64,000 nt of DNA from Candidatus Calditenuis fumarioli. GTDB taxonomy: Archaea > Thermoproteota > Nitrososphaeria_A > Caldarchaeales > Calditenuaceae. Positions 47,756 through 56,576 of this stretch are shown here, in pieces. Every line of letters starts with the position of its first letter. The first letter of the stretch is position 1. The stretch is taken from NCBI GenBank assembly GCA_030059665.1, contig JANVYR010000002.1, forward strand, positions 192,001 through 256,000, written 5' to 3'. Both the position numbers and the translations under genes were made by a program. The notes under the pieces were generated by a model, which did not search any database, was not told where the DNA came from, and worked only from the letters and a program-made list of their open reading frames with translations.

Positions 47756-48511
47756 TCAGCCGCTGACGAGCTCCCAGCAGGCCTCGAAGTCTGCGGGGTA
47801 GAGCCCGTACATTCCCGTGGGCTTGGCGCCTCCGGGGGCGTGAACGACAGCGGTGACGTGCTCCGAGTGTATGCTGGGCCTCTTCCCCCTGAAGTAGTCC
47901 TCGTCGACGATCTCCTCCGCGGTGATTATCGTGACCTTCGCGGCCCTCGCCTTGAACTCGTCCTCGTACACGGGGCCGAGGATCTCGGCGTTGCCCGAAG
48001 GATCGGCCCGATGGCAGTGGATCACTGCAACGTCAGGGACGATGGCCCTCACGAGCACCACGTCCTCTCCTGTGAATGGATCGCTGACCACCTTCCACGT
48101 CCCAGCCCTCTCGTGAAGGGCCACCAGGTCTGACCCGAGCACCCCCCTCACGGGCATGAAGGGTATCCCGAAGGCTCCGGCCCTGATGCCGGCCATGAAG
48201 GCCCCGCAGGTGTCCTCGAGGAACTCGATTTCTCCCCTCTCGACCGACCTCCTGAAGTTGACGGGTATCCCGAACCACTCGAGCGAGACCATGGCCGCCC
48301 TCACGCGCCTCACCATCCCCCTCTTCACCATGTACTCCAGGCCCACCCCCGGTTCCCGGTCGACGAAGCCGAGGCCCCTCACTCCGGCCTTCTCGAGCGC
48401 GAAGACGAAAGCCATCGGGTTCCGGTAGAAGGAGATGCCGCTGATGGTGATCGTCTGCCCCTCCTTGACGAGGGAGACGGCCTCCTCTATGCTGACCAGC
48501 TTGTCCGGCAT
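47756..48511 (-). CDS. Family I CoA-transferase subunit A (GctA-like)
   Basis: KLVSIEEAVSLV, AGAFGIPFMP, PDVAVIHCHRAD..GNA. Confidence 0.88.
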   Translation of the reverse strand: MPDKLVSIEEAVSLVKEGQTITISGISFYRNPMAFVFALEKAGVRGLGFVDREPGVGLEYMVKRGMVRRVRAAMVSLEWFGIPVNFRRSVERGEIEFLEDTCGAFMAGIRAGAFGIPFMPVRGVLGSDLVALHERAGTWKVVSDPFTGEDVVLVRAIVPDVAVIHCHRADPSGNAEILGPVYEDEFKARAAKVTIITAEEIVDEDYFRGKRPSIHSEHVTAVVHAPGGAKPTGMYGLYPADFEACWELVSG

Positions 48512-48781
48512 CGTCAGATATTGCGCCTTCAGGCCATAAAAAAGTTCTCGGCTCTGGAGGACGGCGTCGGAGGCGCTTGAGGGCTACAGGCAGTTCAACT
48601 CCTTCGTTCCAACAACCAGGATCAGGGACTTCGACTGGGGTCTCTTCGCAAGCCACTACGTCGAGATGATGGCGCCGACGCAAACCCGCTCCACGTCTGC
48701 CAGCACGCGTGACCAATGAGGGTAAAAGAAGATGTGGATGGAGGGCAAAACCCTGTTCTCCCTTTAAGAACGACGTCGAGC

Positions 48782-49893
48782 CTTTCAACTCTCTTCGCGA
48801 GATTCCATCCATCTATCCATAGCTCCGCAACCTCTGGGTCATCCTTTCAACTCTCTTCGCGAGATTCGTTCCGGAGGCACCAAAACGTGCCGATCCCTGT
48901 GCTGACTTTCAACTCTCTTCGCGAGATTCCAAGGATACCAGCAGGAGTGCGGCGAGGAGCGCCGTGAGGAACCCTTTCAACTCTCTTCGCGAGATTCCGT
49001 GGAGCACCTTCGTGGAGTGGCTGTCTAAAGTGGGTACTTTCAACTCTCTTCGCGAGATTCAGTCATAGATCCGGACGAGCGTCTTATTGCGGGATGGGCT
49101 AATGTTGCTTTCAACTCTCTTCGCGAGATTCGGTGATCACAGCCATGAGCGCGGTCTGTCCCGAGTGCTTTCAACTCTCTTCGCGAGATTCTGTATCCGT
49201 ACTTGACGATATCCTCGGCACATTTGATCCTTTCAACTCTCTTCGCGAGATTCAAAAGCCACCACAGTCCCGGCCCAACACAAGAAACCTAACTTTCAAC
49301 TCTCTTCGCGAGATTCCGCGGAGGTTGAGGATGGTATGAGTGCGGTAATAGAGATCTCTTTCAACTCTCTTCGCGAGATTCGCCCGAAGGAGTCCTAAAG
49401 ATCCGCGTCCACGCGCCCACGCCTTTCAACTCTCTTCGCGAGATTCTTTGTGGCGAAAATTGGTCGGGGTGATAACGAATGATTAGCGCTTTCAACTCTC
49501 TTCGCGAGATTCAACTTTCCTGCAAGGGCCACTGCGACTGGGATAATAATGCTTTCAACTCTCTTCGCGAGATTCTGAGCGGATGAGTAGCAGTCTGCCA
49601 CCTGATATGCGGAAGCTTTCAACTCTCTTCGCGAGATTCATTGAGCGAGATGGCTGACGGATCTACGGCGATCAGCGGTACTTTCAACTCTCTTCGCGAG
49701 ATTCGAGCAAGGGTCCACAGTTGGCGAAGGATGTGATAAACTTTCAACTCTCTTCGCGAGATTCCGTCGAGGTTCTGGATAGCCACGGTGACATAATACC
49801 TATCGCTTTCAACTCTCTTCGCGAGATTCCCGGATACGGCTGGGCGGGGAGCCTCGGCGTTTATTGGAACTTTCAACTCTCTTCGCGAGATTC
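48782..49893 (-). CRISPR. CRISPR array: 18 identical 24-bp repeats and 17 spacers of 36-47 nt
   Basis: Repeat CTTTCAACTCTCTTCGCGAGATTC on + (GAATCTCGCGAAGAGAGTTGAAAG in the inferred transcript). First repeat 48782, last 49870. Confidence 0.98.
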
Positions 49894-50200
49894 CGACCCC
49901 AATTTCCGGGAATCTCGCCTTAATTTTAGGATATTTTCAGCTCACCTCCGCCTGCCCCCGTTTTTGCAAGTGGGTATATAAAGAGCAGACGGACCAGCTT
50001 CATCGCAGTTAAGTATTCCTGTAAAAGCTAATTATGCAGAACAAACGATTTCCGCGCGCTGAGAGCCGTCTTGAGAAGGCACGCAGGGTTCCCATAAGTT
50101 CATGTAAAGGCTCCCTTCAACCGGAGAACTGCACTGAAAATCGCCTCTTCAATGCCTAGAGAGCGGAAATAGCCGATGAATTAAGCCACAAGGCAGAGAA
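49894..50200 (-). promoter_or_regulatory. CRISPR leader
   Basis: AT-rich non-coding flank with TTTATATA (minus strand, 49975-49982). Confidence 0.75.
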
Positions 50201-50207
50201 CGCGGGT

Positions 50208-51389
50208 TCAGACGATGACGCCCTTCGCCCGCAGCTCCCTGATCTCCTCAAGGGTGTAGCCGAGGCCGAGCAGGACCTCCTCCGTGTGCTGCCCCAGGAG
50301 CGGTGGCGGTGACCTTACGGGAGGCCTCTCGCCGCTGAAGAGCGCCGGGAACGCGAGAAGTGGTATCCGGCCGGCCCTCGGGTGCTGAACCGTCTGGAGC
50401 ATCCCGCGCTCGATGACGTACGGATCGCTCAGGGCCTGCCTCACGGTCTTGACCGGAGCCACCGGGACGTCGGCCGCCTCCAGCACCGCCACCCACTCCT
50501 CGACGGTTCTCCTCAGGAAGATCGGCTCCAGCAGCGCGAGCAGCTCGGATCTGTTCCTGACCCTGTCGGCGTTGGTCCTGAAGCGCTGGTCCTCCGCGAT
50601 CTCGGGGTGCCCGATCGCCTCGCAGAGCTTCCTGAACTGGTTGTCGTTCGCGACGGCCACGATGACGTAGCCGTTGGAGGCCCTGAAGGCCTGGTACGGC
50701 ACGATCGACGGGTGCGCCGACCCCATCCGCTTCGGCTCCTCGCCGCCGATGAGGTACGCCGAGGCCTGATGCGTGAGCAGGTACAGCTGGACGTCCAGCA
50801 TCGAGACATCGATGTACCTGCCCTTCCCGGTTCTGGAACGTTCCATCAGGGCCGAGAGTATCGAGATGGCTGCGAACATGCCGGCCGTTATGTCGGCTAT
50901 GGGAACCGCGAACTTCACAGGCCCTCCCTCCGGCTCTCCCGTCAGGTCCATCATGCCGCTCATGGCCAGGGCTATCAGGTCGTAACCGGGCTTCTGGGAG
51001 TAGGAACCGGTCTGACCGAAGCCGCTGATGCTGCAGTAGATCAGGGATGGGTTGACCTTGGATAGCGACGCGTAATCCACGCCGAGCCTGCTGGCGACGC
51101 CAGGCCTGAAGTTCTCCACGACGACGTCCGAGACCGCCGCGAGTCTTTTGACGATCTCCACCCCTTCCGGCTTCTTCAGGTCCACCGCGACGCTCTTCTT
51201 GTTACGGTTGACGCTGAGGAAGTACGTGCTCTCGCCGTTGACTGTGACCGCGAACTTCCGCGAGTCGTCGCCCTCCGGAGGCTCGATCTTGATCACCTCG
51301 GCACCGAGGTCACCCAGCAGCATCGTGCAGAAGGGCCCCGCCATGACCCTCGACAGGTCGAGTACCCTCACTCCCTCGAGCGGCAGCAC
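50208..51389 (-). CDS. Family III CoA-transferase (CaiB/BaiF)
   Basis: LEGVRVLDLS..MAGPF, VIKIEPP.GD, NRNKKS, ENFRPG, GYD. Confidence 0.95.
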   Translation of the reverse strand: MLPLEGVRVLDLSRVMAGPFCTMLLGDLGAEVIKIEPPEGDDSRKFAVTVNGESTYFLSVNRNKKSVAVDLKKPEGVEIVKRLAAVSDVVVENFRPGVASRLGVDYASLSKVNPSLIYCSISGFGQTGSYSQKPGYDLIALAMSGMMDLTGEPEGGPVKFAVPIADITAGMFAAISILSALMERSRTGKGRYIDVSMLDVQLYLLTHQASAYLIGGEEPKRMGSAHPSIVPYQAFRASNGYVIVAVANDNQFRKLCEAIGHPEIAEDQRFRTNADRVRNRSELLALLEPIFLRRTVEEWVAVLEAADVPVAPVKTVRQALSDPYVIERGMLQTVQHPRAGRIPLLAFPALFSGERPPVRSPPPLLGQHTEEVLLGLGYTLEEIRELRAKGVIV

Positions 51390-51451
51390 GCTGGACGCCG
51401 TTCATTCCCTCTGAAAACGTTGACGCGGCAGGTCTCCGGGTCGGCCCTCTC

Positions 51452-51934
51452 TCAGAACTTGTAGCCTATCTTCCTCAGGAAAGCCTTCCTCTCGGCGACG
51501 TCCTCCTCTCCCTCTATCCCCAGCGGCTTCATCCCGTCGACCACGCCGAGGACCGATCTGCCCTGCTCCGTCTCTGCGACAATGACCTCGACCGGGTTGC
51601 CCGTGGCGCAGTAGAACCCGACTATCTCCGGAACCTCCCTCAGCCTCGGCAGGACGTTGATAGGATACGCGTTGCGCAGCAGTATCACCAGCAGGTGACC
51701 GCAGCCGATCTTGAGCGCCGTCTCCGCCGCCAGCCGCTCCAGCTCCTCGTCCGTGCCCGAGTGCCTCACCAGCCTCTTCCCTGATGCCTCGCAGAACCCT
51801 ATTCCGAACCTGATCCCCGGAACTGTGGTCACGAGGGCCTCGTGGACGTCCTCGACGGTCTTGATGAAGTGGCTCTGTGCGAGAATTACCTGTACTCCCT
51901 CGGGAACCTCGACCTTTACGGTCTCGAGCTTCAC
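51452..51934 (-). CDS. Adenosine-specific kinase family (DUF355)
   Basis: ILAQSHFIKTVED, FCEASG, NPVEVIVAET.QGR..LGVVDG. GTG start at 51934. Confidence 0.88.
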   Translation of the reverse strand: MKLETVKVEVPEGVQVILAQSHFIKTVEDVHEALVTTVPGIRFGIGFCEASGKRLVRHSGTDEELERLAAETALKIGCGHLLVILLRNAYPINVLPRLREVPEIVGFYCATGNPVEVIVAETEQGRSVLGVVDGMKPLGIEGEEDVAERKAFLRKIGYKF

Positions 51935-51960
51935 GGCTTCTCTCCTATCTGGGACGCTTA

Positions 51961-53028
51961 TCAAACTTCCGAGGGCGAGGGACTCTCGGGGAGGGCCGAG
52001 GAAGTCCAGCTCTCCATTACCCAGCTCTGCGGATAGCTCGAGAGGAAGCCCCTTCGCAGCAGCTCCTCCCACGACGTTAGGCCCAGAGCCACCATGACCT
52101 CTCCCGGCAGCAGCACCGGCACCCTGAACCTGTCCTGGTCCTCGACGCTCAGGCGCGGACAGGCCGTGTTCACCAACGCCTCGTACCTCCCCTCGAGGTC
52201 CTCTGCCCTCACCTCGTCCACCACCACCAGCTCCGCATCAAGCCCCCTCCCTCTCAGTAGGCCCACCAGCCACCGGGCCAGACCGAAGTACCTCTGGCCG
52301 GGCTTGACAGAGACCACGACGCCAACCCTCCTGCACGATCTGAACGCGAGGATCTGCGCGTACCTCTTCCTGAGCACCTTCTCGGCGGTCTCCCTCAGCG
52401 GCACAACCTTCTGAGAGTGGGGGTCGGCCGCGAAGACCTCCTTCCTCGAGATCAGCGCCAGCCCGAGCCCGTGGAAGACCGAGCCGAGGACCAGGTGCGC
52501 GTCCACCTCCCCGTCCAGCGAGGTCATCGTCGAGTAGTCGCATCCCAGCACCTGTCCGCTGTACCTCAGGTGGTTCGACGGCCTGCCGATCATGACAACA
52601 TGCCCTGCTCTCCTCAGGTCCTCCGCGAGCCGCCCGAGGAGATCGAGGTACTGGACCGTCGCTCCCAGCCCCACCCTCCGATAACCCTCAAGCGCTTTAA
52701 GCATCTCCGGCAGCAGGGAGGCCACCGGCTCATAATTCTGGTACCTGTGCTCCAAATAGAATACTGGAATGGACGGTGACCTGACGAACTCGGCGTGACC
52801 CACGTGAACGATCGCGTCGCATCCCAACTCAGCAGCCTCTCGGAGGGCGAGATCGCACCCTCCCCAGCACATCCCACCTGAGACGACCACCTCGACCCCC
52901 ATTTCGCCGAGGGCCCTCGCGGCCTCCCGTGCGACCTCCGTCAGACCGGGTGGGGCCTGCAGCAGAACCCTCCGCGGTGACCTCTCCCTGACCCAAGCCA
53001 ACAGCCTCTCCAGCTCGTCGGACGGCAT
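51961..53028 (-). CDS. dph2: Diphthamide biosynthesis protein Dph2
   Basis: VLLQAPPGL, CWGGCD, HVGH, QVLGC, KPGQ, NTACPR. Confidence 0.92.
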   Translation of the reverse strand: MPSDELERLLAWVRERSPRRVLLQAPPGLTEVAREAARALGEMGVEVVVSGGMCWGGCDLALREAAELGCDAIVHVGHAEFVRSPSIPVFYLEHRYQNYEPVASLLPEMLKALEGYRRVGLGATVQYLDLLGRLAEDLRRAGHVVMIGRPSNHLRYSGQVLGCDYSTMTSLDGEVDAHLVLGSVFHGLGLALISRKEVFAADPHSQKVVPLRETAEKVLRKRYAQILAFRSCRRVGVVVSVKPGQRYFGLARWLVGLLRGRGLDAELVVVDEVRAEDLEGRYEALVNTACPRLSVEDQDRFRVPVLLPGEVMVALGLTSWEELLRRGFLSSYPQSWVMESWTSSALPESPSPSEV

Positions 53029-53048
53029 CCTTTCACCCTCGTCCTACG

Positions 53049-53111
53049 GTGCGCTCAGATAACCTCGGGTCGGTCACTGGCTCACCACTCGGCAATCTCA
53101 TCATCGCGCAC
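53049..53111 (-). ncRNA. Box C/D methylation-guide sRNA
   Basis: gtgcgc-g-ATGATGA-gattgccgagtg-GTGA-gcc-AGTGACC-gacccgaggttat-CTGA-gcgcac: 6-bp terminal stem, boxes C/D'/C'/D, 12-13 nt guides. Confidence 0.85.
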
Positions 53112-53250
53112 TATTACCTCGCCGAGACGGGATTTCAAGGTGACGTCCGTTGGGGATCCCGCCTTCCAGTGCAGTTCGCGACGGCCGGGTCGGCGCTGGA
53201 CCGTGGGCACGTTATTTCTTTATGAGCTGCCGTGGTTTGTGGGAAACGGG

Positions 53251-55275
53251 TTGCCGACGCTGAAGGAGGTCCTGGGACCGCTGATCTCCGCGGCGAGGCA
53301 CGTCTTCATGAAGCCCTACACGATCAAGTACCCCTACGAGAAGGTCCCGGGGATGCTGCAGGAGAACTACCGCTACGACCCCAAGGCGGGCATCGCTTAC
53401 CCAGGGACGAAGGGCAGGCATCTGCTCAGGATGGACAAGTGCACCGGGTGCAGCCTCTGCGACATAGCCTGCCAGAACATCGCCGAGGCGATCACGATGG
53501 TCTACGCTTATGACGTCTTCCTAGACGTCCCTGAAGATGTCTTCAAGGAGTACGGCGACCCGTCCTCGCCCGTGACAGGGGTTGCGGCGGCGCTTGCGGA
53601 GGGCCTCGCGGAGGTGGCAGAGCTCGGAGAGGTCAAGTACGGGTTCTCTCATCCCGTGGTCCCGGTGCTCCCGGACCTGAAGACCGTGACGAAGCACGAC
53701 GGCTACAGCTCGATCAGGCTCGTCAGCGGTCCGGTCTGGGCGAGGGGCATCGACTACCTCGTCTACAACTACCTCGAGGGCGCCTTCGGGGCCCTCCAGC
53801 GTTCGGGATACACGGTCTCCCTCGTCGAGGACCAGTCGCCCGACAGGGTGGTTTACGAGGTTGCCAAGGACGTGAAGGCGGTCCGGATCAGGATCGAGAA
53901 GCGGAACATGAACATCCCCGTCAACAAGAAGTCCTACTTCCCCTCGGTCGATTACGGGAGGTGCGTTTTTTGCGGTTTCTGTGTCGATCCCATGACCCCC
54001 GTTATAGTGAATCCAGGGTTAAAGCCGATAGCGGAGATCGGAATAGGTGATAAGGTTTTGACTCATACCGGAGAATACAGACCTGTTACCAAGATATGGG
54101 AATTGAGCTACACTGGATATCTCTACAAGATCGAGGTCTATGGTCATCCGGACCCGTTGATATGCACTGCAGACCATCCGATACTCGCCGTATGTAGACC
54201 GTTTTCGTCGAGAAAAGACAGAAGGTTGCTGCGTGTTAAAGAACCACTCGGGTTCGTTCTACCAGACCAATTGAAGCGCGGTGACTATGTCGTCCTGCCA
54301 ATTCCAAAGAAGGTCGTGGAATCGCCCCTCTATACTCAACCTGTAAGGCTTTACAGAAACGGTCGGGTTGAGGAAGTACTCAAGCTTCCCAACGAACCCG
54401 ATCTGTACAGACTGATAGGATACTACCTAGCTGAGGGATTTTGCGATGGCGATAGGGAGGTGAACTTTACGTTCGGGGCATACGAAACCGAAGTTATAGA
54501 GGATTGCAAAGCACTCATTTCGAGATACTTCAATAAACAGGTGAAAGAGGAGAAGAACACCGGAAGAGGGATCAGACTAGCTTTGCATAGTGTGAGGGCG
54601 TTCCATTTCTTCAAACAGTTCGGACAGGGCGCTCATAATAAGAGAATCCCCGATTGGGTGTTTTTCGCGGACTTCAGCAAACAGGTCCAGCTAGTCAAAG
54701 GGCTCTGGCTCGGTGACGGCTGCTTAGTCAACCAGCCGCGTCAACGATATTTAAATATTACAACCACATCAAAAACGCTTGCTTACCAGACGCAGCTGGT
54801 CTTGGCAAGATTAGGCGTAGTGGGAGTCGTTGAGCGTCAAAATTGCGCGGGCAAGAAAACCGTTTATAGGGTCAACGTTTTCGGCAAATATGCCCTCGAG
54901 CTCGCTAACAAGATGGGCATAGACATGGTATATGCTCCGACGAAATTCGTCGATAAGTTCCAAATAACAGAGAACTACGTTTACTATCCGATACGAAGCA
55001 TTGATCGGCAATTCGTCGCGAATTACAAGGTGATGGATGTGACTGTGGCGGACGATCACACGTTCGTTCCTGCAGGAGTGACCACCTCCAACTGCGTGGA
55101 CGCCTGTCCCTTCTACGCCCTCGAGATGACTCCAGACTTCGAGCTCTCATCGCTTTCAAGGCAGGGCCTGGTTTACTTCCCTACGGCCCTCGCGGCGCCC
55201 AAGTTCTCCTCTCCTCCCCCCTCGATCAACCCGATAGACGCGATCATGGGCTGGCTGAGGCGCAAGCTCCTCTGA
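53251..55275 (+). CDS. NuoI-like 2x[4Fe-4S] protein containing an intein
   Basis: KPYTIKYPYE, CTGCSLCDIAC, second motif CVFCGF[intein]CVDACP, ALEMTPDFELS. Likely TTG start at 53251. Confidence 0.85.
   Translation: MPTLKEVLGPLISAARHVFMKPYTIKYPYEKVPGMLQENYRYDPKAGIAYPGTKGRHLLRMDKCTGCSLCDIACQNIAEAITMVYAYDVFLDVPEDVFKEYGDPSSPVTGVAAALAEGLAEVAELGEVKYGFSHPVVPVLPDLKTVTKHDGYSSIRLVSGPVWARGIDYLVYNYLEGAFGALQRSGYTVSLVEDQSPDRVVYEVAKDVKAVRIRIEKRNMNIPVNKKSYFPSVDYGRCVFCGFCVDPMTPVIVNPGLKPIAEIGIGDKVLTHTGEYRPVTKIWELSYTGYLYKIEVYGHPDPLICTADHPILAVCRPFSSRKDRRLLRVKEPLGFVLPDQLKRGDYVVLPIPKKVVESPLYTQPVRLYRNGRVEEVLKLPNEPDLYRLIGYYLAEGFCDGDREVNFTFGAYETEVIEDCKALISRYFNKQVKEEKNTGRGIRLALHSVRAFHFFKQFGQGAHNKRIPDWVFFADFSKQVQLVKGLWLGDGCLVNQPRQRYLNITTTSKTLAYQTQLVLARLGVVGVVERQNCAGKKTVYRVNVFGKYALELANKMGIDMVYAPTKFVDKFQITENYVYYPIRSIDRQFVANYKVMDVTVADDHTFVPAGVTTSNCVDACPFYALEMTPDFELSSLSRQGLVYFPTALAAPKFSSPPPSINPIDAIMGWLRRKLL
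53980..55092 (+). mobile_element. Intein with LAGLIDADG homing endonuclease (371 aa)
   Basis: Block A CVDPMTPV, block B CTADHP, EN motifs LIGYYLAEG and LVKGLWLGDG, block F VMDVTV, C-terminal TSN/C. AT-rich relative to the exteins. Confidence 0.93.
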
Positions 55276-55279
55276 AGGT

Positions 55280-56131
55280 TTGAGGGCCTTCAACCCCTTC
55301 GTCGGCTGGGTCGAGTTCAAGGACCTTCCTGATCGCATAGTCTCGCTCAACCCCTCCATCACGGAGACGCTCTTCGAGCTCGGCGCAGGCGACAGGGTCG
55401 TCGGTGTATCCAGCTGGTGCCACAGGCCGAGGGAGGCGCTGAGCAGGCCTAAGGTCGGTAGCTACACGCACCTCCTCGAGGAGAAGCTGATCTCCCTGAA
55501 GCCCGATGTCGTCTTCACGACGACCGGTGCGCAGCGCGGCGTCCTCGAGCGCCTCGTCCAGCTCGGCATACCCACCTATCCAATTCCCTATCCGAGGGAC
55601 CTCTACGCGATACTCTCGATGGTCTCGGAGGTCGGAGGGCTCATCGGCGAGAAGGAGTCGGCGCTCAAGCTGTGCTCTGAGCTCTTCGCAGAGCTCAACA
55701 GGCTCCGTTCGCTCGCGAGGGACGACGTGATGCCGGACGTTTACGTGGAGATCGACCTGGGAGGCCCCACCATACCCGGTTACTTCAACCACATAACCCA
55801 CGCGCTACACCTCGCAGGCCTCAGGAACGCCTTCGGAGACCGCGGGGTCGACTACCTGTACGGAATGGAGGTGAAGGGGTATGAGGTGCTGGACGTGGTG
55901 AGCGGGCTGAGGGAGAAGGACCCCGACGTCATCGTCTTCGAGTCGAAGAGCTTCCATCCGAGGGAGAGCGAGGGCCTTGAGGTGATGGTCTCGAGGGGCC
56001 TCTCGGACCTGAGGGCGGTTAGGGAGGGAAGGGTCCTGACGGTGCCAGCCGACACGCTGGCGCATTACGGGCCTTCCTTTGTGAGGGAAGTGAGGAAGGT
56101 TTTGGAGAGGGTCTGGAGTCTCATCTCTTAA
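55280..56131 (+). CDS. BtuF/cobalamin-iron substrate-binding family protein lacking a signal peptide
   Basis: RIVSLNPSITETLFELGAG..VVGVS, EKLISLKPD, AVREGRV, GPS. Confidence 0.82.
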   Translation: MRAFNPFVGWVEFKDLPDRIVSLNPSITETLFELGAGDRVVGVSSWCHRPREALSRPKVGSYTHLLEEKLISLKPDVVFTTTGAQRGVLERLVQLGIPTYPIPYPRDLYAILSMVSEVGGLIGEKESALKLCSELFAELNRLRSLARDDVMPDVYVEIDLGGPTIPGYFNHITHALHLAGLRNAFGDRGVDYLYGMEVKGYEVLDVVSGLREKDPDVIVFESKSFHPRESEGLEVMVSRGLSDLRAVREGRVLTVPADTLAHYGPSFVREVRKVLERVWSLIS

Positions 56132-56513
56132 CGGTTCACAGCCTTTGGGTGAAGCGCTTCACCGATCATCCCGGGGTTGAGAACGGTGAAGGGCGAAACG
56201 TTGATAGTTGAGCGGTTCTGAGACCGGGGATCTCCATATCAATTATTCACCCACTCTTCACACCCCTACGCTTCCTGTGGAGGAAGTGGAGCCTTCCAAT
56301 CGATCCACCGGAAACAGAGGGGTCCTGTGACCGCTTTCACGGGCTTCACGGGTGTGAAGCGAAGTGAAACGACCCGCACCCCTCGTTTTCCTCTGGAGAC
56401 CTGATCTTCACTGGTTTTCCGGGCCCTTCGAGTTGTTAAGAGTTAAGTTATAGTTGCGAAATTCGATTCGTTTGACCTACTCCTGAGGGCCTGTCAGAGG
56501 TATTCACTGCATA
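56132..56513. other. Probable replication origin (oriC) with ORB elements
   Basis: ORBs at 56304-56323 (+, TCCACCGGAAACAGAGGGGT), 56378-56397 (-, TCCAGAGGAAAACGAGGGGT) and 56262-56281 (-, TCCACAGGAAGCGTAGGGGT). Directly upstream of cdc6. Confidence 0.85.
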
Positions 56514-56576
56514 GTGACTTCGTCCGTTCGAACGGTTGCTAACTTATCTGCTGCAGTGGAAGCAGGACACGCGGAC

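Noticed and set aside
48716-49981. ORFs overlapping the CRISPR array
   Set aside because: Translations of repeats and spacers (recurrent NLAKRVE, ISRRELK).
51998-52009. GAGGAAGTCCAG resembling RNase P CR-I
   Set aside because: It lies in the antisense of the dph2 C-terminal codons and the other conserved regions are missing.
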